Source: an uncultured Bdellovibrionales bacterium
GTDB taxonomy: Bacteria > Patescibacteriota > Minisyncoccia > Moranbacterales > UBA1568
Direction: 5' to 3'
Length of the DNA stretch: 45,763 nucleotides
Assembly: GCA_964537075.1 (NCBI GenBank)
Contig: CAZIBB010000002.1
Coordinates: 1 to 45,763 of the forward strand
Below the pieces are notes generated by a model, which was given only the letters and a program-made list of their open reading frames with translations, was not told where the DNA came from and did not search any database. Numbering within the stretch: the first letter of the stretch is position 1; every line of letters begins with the position of its first letter. The translations under genes were made by a program, and so were the position numbers. Of this stretch, positions 1 through 8,564 are shown one piece after another.

Positions 1-2093
1 CCCTTCGCAACCGTAATATCCTGCTGCACGAATTCACCAATAGCAGCTACTCTTGTCATCTCCGCGGCGGCCCCAATAGTATCGATGGATGATAGAGCCT
101 CCGCAGCGGGAGCAACAGCGGAGGAAACAGAATTCTCAACGGGCACACCTGATCCGCCATCCGCTGGAGGAGGAATTTCAACATCCGATACGGATGACTC
201 CACATCAACTCCGGCATCAGAAAAATAATGTATCGCGGCTGATGCTCCAAAGACAGCGCCTACTGATAAAGCGAAGGCCCCTACTCGCCGACGATCTCTG
301 CCTTTCACACGACCTTCCAAATCCTGATCAGCATTTTTTATCTTTATAGACAAACGTTCTTGAAGCTCCGTCAATCGCGTTTCTCTATTGGTATCTTTTT
401 CAAGTTCGAATCCCATGAATAAATCCTTTTTTTCTGTATCAACCGATTTTTCAGCACGATACCGAGAAAGCTTTTCCAGTCCCGCTTCAAGAGTCGCGAA
501 TAATCCGCCGGCAGCGGCACCACGTCTCAATCCCACAAGTGATGCTGCCACCGCCCCTCCAGCCGTTCCAAGCAATCCGCCGGCAGCAGCACCAGCAACA
601 CCAAACACGACGACGCCAATAGCCGCTTTTTTCCATAATGGCAACTTATTGTATTTTCGTCCGAGATCAAGAATTTTTTCGGAGAATCCTTTCCGCTCCA
701 TCTGCACATCCGTCCAAGCATCATAGAGCTTCACTTTCGATTCCATGGAAAAATACTGCAGTGTTTCTGCCATGGCCTGTTTCAATTCCTCACCCTCCTT
801 CTTTTGCCGGAGGTCTTCGATTTTCTTATCCAGAATTTCTCGGAGCTTCAATTGATACTGTACTTTCTCATCGAGCGCCTTCTCATCCTTGAAACTTTTC
901 CCGAAAATTCCCGAAAGTCGTTTCCACACCCCGGTTTCTTCATAATCCTTTTTCGCATAGGCCATGCGCAATCCATCCAGTTCGGCTTCCAGCGCCATCA
1001 AACCCTCATTTCCCGCAGGCTGCGCCGTTTTCTCTTTCTGACGAATCATCTCTAAGACTAACTCGCTAAATTTATCTCGTATTCCATGCGTCCTCGTCAC
1101 GGTTGCCTTCCAGTCCGAATTCATAAATTCCTCATACGTGGAAAAACGACCAGCCTTTGCCCGATCAACCTTCATTCGGTTTATCCATTCTTCCGCCTGG
1201 ACATCTCTTCTGAAGGATTCTGAATATACCGTTTCAAAGGATGCTACGGTATCGAACAAATCATCAAATGTCTTCGCGCTTCGGACGGCGGCTTCTCTTC
1301 TCCGCAACTCTTCATCCGATTCTTTTTTCGTTTCACCCTCCGGATGATAGCTTCCATAAGAAGATTTCACCCGGCGTGAGGCAACATTGACAATCTTCAT
1401 TTTTTCACTGAGAACCTTCTTTTCACCCTCATTATCTCCATTTTTATCTGGATGATACTTGCTTTTCAATGATTTCAGTTCTTGCGTGGCCATATGCATG
1501 TCTGAAAAATCAGCATTGCCAAGTCGTGTAAAAAAATGATTCAGAATGCCATCTCCTTCAACAAGCATTATTTGATCATCAGTGAGTTTCAAATTTGTCC
1601 GCAAGAATAACTTCGTCACATCAGGCAGGGATTCAGCTCTCTCTTCCCATTGACGAGACGGGTTATCTTGTGGTTTTTTTACTCCTCCAGCAGGAGCAGC
1701 ATCAGCATCAAAGACATTCGAAACCAGCATGGCATCAGGAGTGATCGGAGGCACAGATGCAGGAATAATAGACGGATCTGAGGTGATGCCGATCGAATCA
1801 TTTGCTTCGTCTTGCCTCCTCAAAATCTGTTCGGCAAATATATCTCCTGATTTGTAGGGATCCCGTTCCTTCTGGCTTGCCCCATCAAAGGCAGACAAAG
1901 ATACATCAGGAATAGCCGTATCAGCAGCAGCTTGAGGTGCCTTCAGATCGCGACTACCTATTTGTCCATCTCCTGATAAAACGGCAGAATCGGCATTGGC
2001 GATACCATACTGCGCTTCAGCTGCTTTCGCGCCAAGATCAGCGTTCTTCCTGAGAAAGTCAGGAAGAATCCTTTCGTCCCCCTTCTTGCTCAT
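1..2093 (-). CDS. J-domain (DnaJ-like, HPD motif) membrane protein; C-terminus lies beyond the window edge
   Basis: Absent from the ORF track because it has no stop inside the window. My hand translation of the minus strand from ATG 2093..2091 stays open to position 1 (more than 690 codons). It contains FFTRLGNADFSDMHMATQELKSLKSKYHPDKNGDNEGEKKVLSEKMKIVNVA (KYHPDK at 1443-1460, HPD at 1446-1454). It also has Gly/Ala-rich hydrophobic segments (AAIGVVVFGVAGAAAGGLLGTAGGAVAASLVGL; VGAFALSVGAVFGASAAI) and coiled-coil-like charged stretches. The ATG overlaps the upstream TGA (ATGA at 2090-2093). Confidence 0.7.
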   Translation of the reverse strand, partial: MSKKGDERILPDFLRKNADLGAKAAEAQYGIANADSAVLSGDGQIGSRDLKAPQAAADTAIPDVSLSAFDGASQKERDPYKSGDIFAEQILRRQDEANDSIGITSDPSIIPASVPPITPDAMLVSNVFDADAAPAGGVKKPQDNPSRQWEERAESLPDVTKLFLRTNLKLTDDQIMLVEGDGILNHFFTRLGNADFSDMHMATQELKSLKSKYHPDKNGDNEGEKKVLSEKMKIVNVASRRVKSSYGSYHPEGETKKESDEELRRREAAVRSAKTFDDLFDTVASFETVYSESFRRDVQAEEWINRMKVDRAKAGRFSTYEEFMNSDWKATVTRTHGIRDKFSELVLEMIRQKEKTAQPAGNEGLMALEAELDGLRMAYAKKDYEETGVWKRLSGIFGKSFKDEKALDEKVQYQLKLREILDKKIEDLRQKKEGEELKQAMAETLQYFSMESKVKLYDAWTDVQMERKGFSEKILDLGRKYNKLPLWKKAAIGVVVFGVAGAAAGGLLGTAGGAVAASLVGLRRGAAAGGLFATLEAGLEKLSRYRAEKSVDTEKKDLFMGFELEKDTNRETRLTELQERLSIKIKNADQDLEGRVKGRDRRRVGAFALSVGAVFGASAAIHYFSDAGVDVESSVSDVEIPPPADGGSGVPVENSVSSAVAPAAEALSSIDTIGAAAEMTRVAAIGEFVQQDITVAK

Positions 2094-4354
2094 ACTTTTT
2101 TATTTAAAAATTTTTCGATAGTATCTCGGATCAAATCTCGCGAAAAAATCTCAGCTTCTCCTTCTGACCATCCAAGGTCACTACCAACATGCGCGAAGGA
2201 TTTTTTCATCGATTCCATCAATGTATCAGCGATGTCTTCTGGATGTTCACCATGATATGCCACCAAGTCTATACTGCTCTTCTTCGCATCCTTTTTCATG
2301 CCATTGAGAGCTTTTGTTATAGCTCCGGACAGGATGGCACTGTCACCACTTTCTTCTGCCTGCAAAAAAAGCTCATCATACGTGCGTTCTGATGATTCCG
2401 TGAGATTCTCCAGAGTTGTTGCCACTGTCTCAACCAAAGGCGTTGTCGGCGTACCTTGCTCAAGTACTTCTTTTTTTATCGGCACAGACTTTTTCTTATT
2501 TCCTCGCGAGAATAATTCAAAATCAAATCTGTCCTGCAAATCTTTTCTGAATCGTTCTGCTTGCGCTGGTCTAATTTTTCTTACCACCCACGCCTCTTCT
2601 GTATCCTCACCTCGATACTTAAATTTGATTTCTTCCGCAGAAACCGATTCGATCACCAATTCCTTTCCATCTTTCTTGAAGGGCATTCGTCGTTTTCCGA
2701 GAACGTCTGCCAATGCAATGAAAACAGCCTCAGGAGATTCTTCTCCTTTTTCTCGTTTCAGCGGTTTTTCTTTTTTAAATGTCTTTTGCTTCTCTTCCCA
2801 AGCAATTCCCAATTCCTTATTCACATCATTGAGAAACACCTGAGCCTCTCTTTGGCTCCCACCATTGATTTTCTCTACAAAATCAGAAAGGGCAGGGGTA
2901 ACAACATCACCAGTCGCCTCGAGAAAGTATCGCTGTTTGCCGATGACGAAACCAATGCTCCGAAGCGCCCTGAGAGAATCCGCGCCTTGTATGGAATCGA
3001 GAAAGACTTGTTTTTCTTTCTCGACAGCCTCCTTGAAAGCAATCAAAACCTCTTGACCCTTTTCAGGTCTTAGTTTTACTGGCATCGATTCACCTGGATT
3101 CTTCATAGGCTGAGATGGCATATTTTCTACGACCGGTGTGACTATCGGATCTTTCTCTAATTGTACTCCATTTTCCGATATTATTGGAGGAATTACGAGA
3201 GGAAAGTCACCGCCTTCTGATATTGCTCTCTTATCTATTACATGTTTCCTTCCCTTTTCTCCCCTTCCTCCCTTTGGTCTTTGAGTATCTGCTATTTTCT
3301 TTCCGCGTCCTGATTTTCGAATATCTTTCTCTTTCTTCAATTCTTGATTCAATTCAGCCTGTCGAACAGCATCCGTATTGACGCCGAACGCATCGTACTC
3401 ATCTATCCCGACTGCAAAAGCAATTTCCGATAGACTCCCTCGAAGAGCCTGCAATAATTCCCGTTTTTGGACAGGATCTTCTGTTTCGAAAAAAGCATTT
3501 TCATTCGATTCGTACCGAGCATCAATTTCACCGCTTACAGACATCGGTTCCTCCGAAATGTTTTTCAAGGCATGATTTAAAATGTCTGTCTCATATCCAT
3601 ATACTGACTGCATCCAGTCAACACTCACTAATTCTGCGGAAATCTCATTGGATAATGTCCACAACTCATGTATCTGCCGTTCTTGCTCATCCAATATGCT
3701 CGTCCGTTTTCCTGCTCGTTTGGCACGGTCATATCCATCGATAATTTCACGACAACGCTGAATATACTGAGCGAGCTCTGCCTTCAAATCAAAAACTGAT
3801 GCCTCCGCCACCGCTCGATCCTCTTCAGTAGCATCCTCCGCGAGAGGAAATTCGATCGATTCCGGGTCGATGCTTTCTAGGGATTTCAAGAATTTTCTCC
3901 CATATATCTCACATGCGCGATCAAGCAATTTCATCTCCCTGTCGTATTCCCCCTCAAAAGATAATACCTCTGAAAAATTTTTCCTCGCACCCTTTTTGTG
4001 TCCTCGTTCAGCATTTTCCTCACTTGAAAAATCAGCATCCTTAGTGCCCTGTGATATATTTGCTCCCGTGGTATTCTCTCGCTTCCTGTATTTCAGCCCC
4101 TTTTTCAAAAGTATCCCCTCCAAAATAGCTCCCGGCATCACATGAGACTGAGTGCCCCCATTCACCCTATACTCCACCATTTGCTTCTCATTCATCCCAT
4201 GTGTCGAAAGAACTCGAAATGATGGCCGTCCTTTCTTGGCGACAACAACTTTGCCTCTTTTTTCATGTATTGCATCCGGAGCATAAAACGCATCGCCTGC
4301 TTGGATTTTCGGCTGTACAAATTCTATTCCTTCACTCATAAAACAATTCATCAA
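2090..4354 (-). CDS. hypothetical, highly charged (K/E/R-rich) 754-aa protein; no family recognised
   Basis: Long uninterrupted ORF in the track. Its stop TGA (2090-2092) overlaps the ATG of the downstream J-domain gene. The start is uncertain: TTG 4354, ATG 4351 or ATG 4339. I recognise no conserved motif. Confidence 0.6.
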   Translation of the reverse strand: MMNCFMSEGIEFVQPKIQAGDAFYAPDAIHEKRGKVVVAKKGRPSFRVLSTHGMNEKQMVEYRVNGGTQSHVMPGAILEGILLKKGLKYRKRENTTGANISQGTKDADFSSEENAERGHKKGARKNFSEVLSFEGEYDREMKLLDRACEIYGRKFLKSLESIDPESIEFPLAEDATEEDRAVAEASVFDLKAELAQYIQRCREIIDGYDRAKRAGKRTSILDEQERQIHELWTLSNEISAELVSVDWMQSVYGYETDILNHALKNISEEPMSVSGEIDARYESNENAFFETEDPVQKRELLQALRGSLSEIAFAVGIDEYDAFGVNTDAVRQAELNQELKKEKDIRKSGRGKKIADTQRPKGGRGEKGRKHVIDKRAISEGGDFPLVIPPIISENGVQLEKDPIVTPVVENMPSQPMKNPGESMPVKLRPEKGQEVLIAFKEAVEKEKQVFLDSIQGADSLRALRSIGFVIGKQRYFLEATGDVVTPALSDFVEKINGGSQREAQVFLNDVNKELGIAWEEKQKTFKKEKPLKREKGEESPEAVFIALADVLGKRRMPFKKDGKELVIESVSAEEIKFKYRGEDTEEAWVVRKIRPAQAERFRKDLQDRFDFELFSRGNKKKSVPIKKEVLEQGTPTTPLVETVATTLENLTESSERTYDELFLQAEESGDSAILSGAITKALNGMKKDAKKSSIDLVAYHGEHPEDIADTLMESMKKSFAHVGSDLGWSEGEAEIFSRDLIRDTIEKFLNKKV

Positions 4355-4392
4355 TTACTGTATACCAAACAAGTGTGGCTCAATACCTTTTA

Positions 4393-4401
4393 TGCTATAA
4401 T
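4393..4401 (+). promoter_or_regulatory. candidate extended -10 promoter (TGcTATAAT) upstream of the GT-C gene
   Basis: TGC at 4393-4395 followed by TATAAT at 4396-4401, 30 nt upstream of ATG 4431, in the divergent intergenic region 4355-4430. The -35 is weak (gtgtgg). Confidence 0.35.
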
Positions 4402-4430
4402 TTTAACACAAGAAAAGAAAAACAAATACT

Positions 4431-6013
4431 ATGTCTATCAGCACACGCCGCATTTCTCCTATGCTCCTTGGTTTCGGAATGATTCTTCTGCTCGCTTTTT
4501 TTCTCCGCTTCTACAATATAGAGAATCTCCCCGCCGGACTCTATCCAGATGAAGCGATGAACGGCACCAATGCCATCGAAGCGAATGAAACCGGAAATTA
4601 CAAACTCTTCTACGAGGACAATTCCGGCCGTGAAGGACTTTTCATCAATCTCCAGGCGCTCGCCCTGAAAACATTCGGCTACAATATCCCTGCCCTCAAG
4701 CTCTGGTCGGCCATTTTCGGCACCTTGACCGCTCTCGGTATCGGACTCCTCGCCTGGGAACTCTTTGAACGGCGTTCCGCAGCCCTTATCGCAGCCTTTA
4801 TCACGGCCACATCATACTGGGCAATCAATTTCTCCCGCATCGGCTTTCGGGCCATCATGACCTCATTTCTCCTCTCCTTTTCTTTTTATTTTTTCTTCCG
4901 CGGCCTCCGTACCGGAAAGATGTTTCATTTCGCTCTCGCCGGACTCATATTCGGTCTCGGTCTTCATACCTATATCGCTTTTCGTGTCGCGCCATTCATC
5001 CTCGTGTTTCTCCTTCCATTTCTCATACTCGCCTACGAGAATTTTTTCCAGCGCTACTGGAAGCATGCCCTCGTCTTCCTCTTCGCCGCTTTTATCGCCG
5101 CGAGCCCGATGTTTTATGATTTTTATCAGAACCCGCATCATTTTTCAGATCGCTCCGAAGATATTTCCATATTTTCACCCAAGGTGAACCACGGAGATTT
5201 CTTTGGAACCCTCGGAAAGACGCTTGGTCTTTCTCTCATCAAATACAATTTCGTCGGAGATCAAAATTTCCGGCATAACTACGCGCCATACCCCATTCTC
5301 GATCCTATTATCGGCACTTTTTTCCTCGCAGGATTCCTCTTTCTCCTTGGTCAGACAGGCGACTGCTTCTCGCACGCCTCCGCTCTCTTGAATACAATCC
5401 TCATATCGCGCGCAATGCATTTCTCTTCATCATTTTTTTCGTGATGCTCGCACCGGAATTTCTCACCAATGAAGGACTCCCGCATGCTCTCCGATCTATC
5501 GGGACTCAAGTGCCGGTTTTTCTCTTCGCCACCTTTCCGGCGCTTTTTCTGTTCAATCTCGCCCTTCGAAATAAAGGCGGCCGTCATCTGATTTTTTTCT
5601 CCTTCATCATTCTTGCACTCGGTACAAGCGCTCTTTGGAATACGATGAAATACTTTTCCTTTTTCGCGGACAACCCAAAGCAATATTCCTCTTTCGGAGC
5701 CTCACTCAAGAATATGTCTGATCATATCAATACTGCGCCAAGCGAAACGCGCATATATCTCTCTGCCAATACCGGCTACATCGACCTCCAGGCCATACTC
5801 TTTCAAACCTATCAGCAGGCAAAAAATTTCGAAGTCCTGAAACCGGAGACTACTATTATCGCGCCAGCCGAGATCATCATGATCCGCTTCGATGAAAATA
5901 TCTTCCAAAATATCAGGAAGCGCTCACCACAATCCTTCGTCAAGGAAATCCCCTCTGATTCCGGCTATGCGAATTTCAAGGTCGTCGTGATACCAGAAAT
6001 CAAGGAACAGTAA
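4431..6013 (+). pseudogene. GT-C fold (ArnT/PMT-like) polyprenyl-phosphate-sugar dependent glycosyltransferase, split by a frameshift (ORFs 4431..5444 and 5441..6013)
   Basis: The N-terminal ORF is multi-TM with the early-loop motif LYPDEAMNG that is typical of GT-C enzymes. After about 5355 its frame gives a non-membrane tail (QTGDCFSHASALLNTILISRAMHFSSSFFS*). The frame of the second ORF is open from before 5351 and reads SDRRLLLARLRSLEYNPHIARNAFLFIIFFVMLAPEFLTNEGLPHALRS, a natural continuation. Confidence 0.7.
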
Positions 6014-6077
6014 ACAGTGAACAATGAGCAAAAAAACCCACAAGGCTTTCACATGAATATATTTCGCAATCAACTCA

Positions 6078-6131
6078 TTTTTATCAAGGTCCGACCTTAA
6101 GACCCATCCCAAGGTCGGACCTTGATAAAAA
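6078..6131. repeat. perfect 21-bp inverted repeat (TTTTTATCAAGGTCCGACCTT / AAGGTCGGACCTTGATAAAAA) with a 12-nt loop
   Basis: Arms at 6078-6098 and 6111-6131 are exact reverse complements. The repeat lies between the two GT-C genes. There is no U-tract after the stem on either strand. Confidence 0.9.
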
Positions 6132-6163
6132 ACCTGAACTCTATCTGCTAACATCTCAAATCT

Positions 6164-8092
6164 ATGCATCACCTCCTCCAATCCCTCAAGCGCCACCCTG
6201 CCATCGCCGTATCGCTCATACTAGTCGTCTTCCTCGCCTTCACCATCATAACCGCCTGGAACGATTCGGCGACTTATGACGAGAGAGCTCACATCCCTGC
6301 TTCCTACAGCTATGTCCGCTATGGTGACATGCGCATCAATTATGAACACCCCCCGCTCTTAAAAGACCTAATCGGTATTTCCCTCCTCACTCTGCAGCCG
6401 ACATTCCCCGGGACGGATCCTCTCTGGACCGAAGGCGTCAACGAACAATGGAACATCGGGACGCTCTTCCTCTACAAGCTTGGAAACGATGCGGATCTTC
6501 TGATCTTTTTCGCGCGACTGCCGATCATCCTTCTCGGGCTCCTTGCCGCCTTCTTCCTCTATCGCATCACCAAGGAAAACGCCGGCACCATCGCTGGAAT
6601 TTTCGCCGTCCTTCTGTTCGCTTTCGATCCGAATATCATCGCCCACGCCCACTATGTCACGACCGACCTCGGCATCGCGATCGCCATCCTGATCGCAACC
6701 TATTTCTTCGTACGATTTCTCAAATATCCTTCCACAAAAAATCTCATCATCGCCGGTATCATCCTCGGCCTCGCCCAAACCGTAAAATTTTCCGCCATCC
6801 TCATTCTCCCGATATTCGGCATTATGTCCGTTCTCTATGGACTCGGAACCGCCATCAAACTCTCTTGGATGGCGCGCATCAAGCTCGCTTTTGCGTATGC
6901 GAGAAAATACATCTACATACTCATGATCTGTTTCATGACCATCTATGCCGTCTATCTCCCGAATGTCTGGAATATGCCGAGCGAACAGATGAACACGCTC
7001 GCCCTTCAAAAGTTTGGCGATGATCGCGAGGCGAAAGTCTTTGCCAGGAATGTCATCGCCGGCATGGAACAAATTCCCCTACTCAAACCATTCACTCACT
7101 ACACGCTCGGCGTCATGGTCGTCTTTACAAGGGTCGCCGGCGGCAATGTCTTCTTCTTCAATAATCCGTTTTTCAATGATACGGAAAGGGAACTCATCTC
7201 CACGGTCGCCTCTCCCTGGTACTTTCCCGCGGTCTTCCTCATGAAGGAAACCATCCCCTTCCTCTTCCTCCTGTTCTTCTCCCTCCTCTACAGCCTCTAC
7301 CGCATCGCGAAACTCCCGCTCTGGAAGGAAGGCGCCTCTCAGTCTCTCGATACCATCATCGAGAGTTTTCACACGAAGACGATCGAATGGACCGTCGGAG
7401 GATTCATCACTCTCTATATCCTCCTCTCGGTCACGGGCAACTTGAATATCGGCCTCCGGCATCTTTTCCCTATCATCCTCTTCCTCTATTTCTTCATCGC
7501 GAAGACGCTCGCCGGTTTCATCAGGCGCCGCCTGCATGATGAGAAACATATCGCGCCGGAGAAGCAACTCAACCGACGTATTTTCTTCATACTCGGATTA
7601 GGATTTTCCCTCTGGATCATCGCGATCCCCTTCATCGCCTATCCGAATTTTCTCTCCTATTTCAACGAAGCGATCGGCTCAGAAAATGGCTACCACTATG
7701 TTACCGATTCCAATTATGACTGGGGTCAGGACATGAAGCGTGTAGAGGCATTCATCAATACTCACAACAGTGAGTGTTCCCGCACGAATACCCTGCCATC
7801 CTGCCGGATCGATACCATTCGCATCGATTATTTCGGTGGAGCGGAACCGGACTACTATCTCGGGAGTGCGTTCAGACCCTGGTATGGCGGACTTCCGCCG
7901 GAAACCGGATGGTACGCGCTGTCATCATTCTTCATCCAAGAAGATAGCTACAAGCAAATCGAACCCGGCACCCGAAGCTACCGTGACTGGCTCTGGAAAT
8001 TCACTCCTGTCACCCGTGCCGGTGAGTCCATCTTCATCTACCATCTCACTGATAATGACATCAGGTCATTATCAGTGAGCAATGAACAATAG
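6164..8092 (+). CDS. GT-C fold glycosyltransferase (PMT_2/ArnT-like), polytopic membrane protein
   Basis: 642 aa with many TM helices and an early-loop YDERAH motif. The architecture is that of phospholipid-carrier-dependent glycosyltransferases, with a soluble C-terminal domain. Confidence 0.8.
   Translation: MHHLLQSLKRHPAIAVSLILVVFLAFTIITAWNDSATYDERAHIPASYSYVRYGDMRINYEHPPLLKDLIGISLLTLQPTFPGTDPLWTEGVNEQWNIGTLFLYKLGNDADLLIFFARLPIILLGLLAAFFLYRITKENAGTIAGIFAVLLFAFDPNIIAHAHYVTTDLGIAIAILIATYFFVRFLKYPSTKNLIIAGIILGLAQTVKFSAILILPIFGIMSVLYGLGTAIKLSWMARIKLAFAYARKYIYILMICFMTIYAVYLPNVWNMPSEQMNTLALQKFGDDREAKVFARNVIAGMEQIPLLKPFTHYTLGVMVVFTRVAGGNVFFFNNPFFNDTERELISTVASPWYFPAVFLMKETIPFLFLLFFSLLYSLYRIAKLPLWKEGASQSLDTIIESFHTKTIEWTVGGFITLYILLSVTGNLNIGLRHLFPIILFLYFFIAKTLAGFIRRRLHDEKHIAPEKQLNRRIFFILGLGFSLWIIAIPFIAYPNFLSYFNEAIGSENGYHYVTDSNYDWGQDMKRVEAFINTHNSECSRTNTLPSCRIDTIRIDYFGGAEPDYYLGSAFRPWYGGLPPETGWYALSSFFIQEDSYKQIEPGTRSYRDWLWKFTPVTRAGESIFIYHLTDNDIRSLSVSNEQ
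8045..8079. repeat. perfect 15-bp inverted repeat (CTCACTGATAATGAC / GTCATTATCAGTGAG), 5-nt loop, inside the 3' end of the GT-C gene
   Basis: 8045-8059 and 8065-8079 are exact reverse complements. The repeat overlaps the codons for HLTDNDIRSLSVS. Confidence 0.85.
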
Positions 8093-8564
8093 ACAGCGAA
8101 CAACGAACATCAAGAAAAACAATTGATACAAAATATAGGCAAAAGACAGATATCTTGAAAGAAAAAATGGACGAACTGGCTTATTCCATTTACAAGGAAA
8201 CCAAAAACTTCCCAAAAGATGAGATGCATGGAATCACTTCACAAATTCGCCGATCAGCACTTTCTATTGTTTTGAATTACATTGAAGGTTACGCGCGAAC
8301 AGGATCAAAAGAGTATAAGAATTTTTTACAGATTTCGTACGGGTCTCTGAAAGAAACAAACTACCTTCTATTTTTCTCAACAAGAGAGGGTTATATTTCA
8401 AAAGAAAGTTACGAAAAATTAACAAAGATTTCTGATGAAATCGGTGCTATGTTTTGGACTACACTTCAGAAAATTAAAACTCGTATCAACGGTTGATTGT
8501 TCCTTATTCACTGCTCCTCGTTCATTGTTCATTGTTCCCTACTCCTTGTTCCCTGTTCACTGTC
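8073..8564 (+). mobile_element. IVS-like cassette 1: GAACA-word arm (8073-8113), 4HB ORF, TGTTC-word arm (8497-8564)
   Basis: Left arm: cagtgagcaatgaacaatagacagcgaacaacgaacatc. Right arm: ttgttccttattcactgctcctcgttcattgttcattgttccctactccttgttccctgttcactgtc. The two are imperfect reverse complements built from the same words. The arms are homologous to those of cassette 2. Confidence 0.4.
8122..8496 (+). CDS. four-helix-bundle protein (23S rRNA intervening-sequence protein / DGR Avd-like family)
   Basis: The sequence MDELAYSIYKETKNFPKDEMHGITSQIRRSALSIVLNYIEGYARTGSKEYKNFLQISYGSLKETNYLL is typical of the family. The track ORF starts at TTG 8155. The frame is open from 8086 and is colinear with the paralog back to 8122, where ATT replaces the paralog's ATG. 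The true start is uncertain: ATT 8122, TTG 8155 or ATG 8167. Confidence 0.8.
   Translation: MDTKYRQKTDILKEKMDELAYSIYKETKNFPKDEMHGITSQIRRSALSIVLNYIEGYARTGSKEYKNFLQISYGSLKETNYLLFFSTREGYISKESYEKLTKISDEIGAMFWTTLQKIKTRING

Noticed and set aside
388-1347. Short plus-strand ORFs 388..726, 638..892, 804..1055 and 1138..1347.
   Set aside because: They overlap the continuous minus-strand J-domain gene and have biased Pro/Ser/Ala-rich or Phe/Leu-rich composition typical of antisense frames.
1-2093. The apparent absence of any long ORF in the first 2 kb of the ORF track suggested an alternative genetic code (UGA recoding, as in Gracilibacteria/Absconditabacteria) or a large non-coding region.
   Set aside because: The minus strand is one continuous open frame that simply lacks a stop inside the window. 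TGA, TAA and TAG all terminate conserved genes at the expected lengths. For example, both 4HB paralogs end at a homologous TGA, queH and rplW end at TAA, and the csoR-like gene ends at TAG.
6078-6131. The 21-bp perfect palindrome as a canonical rho-independent terminator for the first GT-C gene.
   Set aside because: The A/T runs are part of the stem itself, and no U-tract follows the hairpin on either strand. It is therefore reported only as an inverted repeat of unknown role.
8497-8564. Reiterated GAACA/TGTTC and CACAAAA words could be mistaken for a CRISPR array.
   Set aside because: The units are degenerate 7-12-mers without unique spacers of regular length. The arrays are under 70 nt, they occur as inverted pairs, and no cas genes are present.
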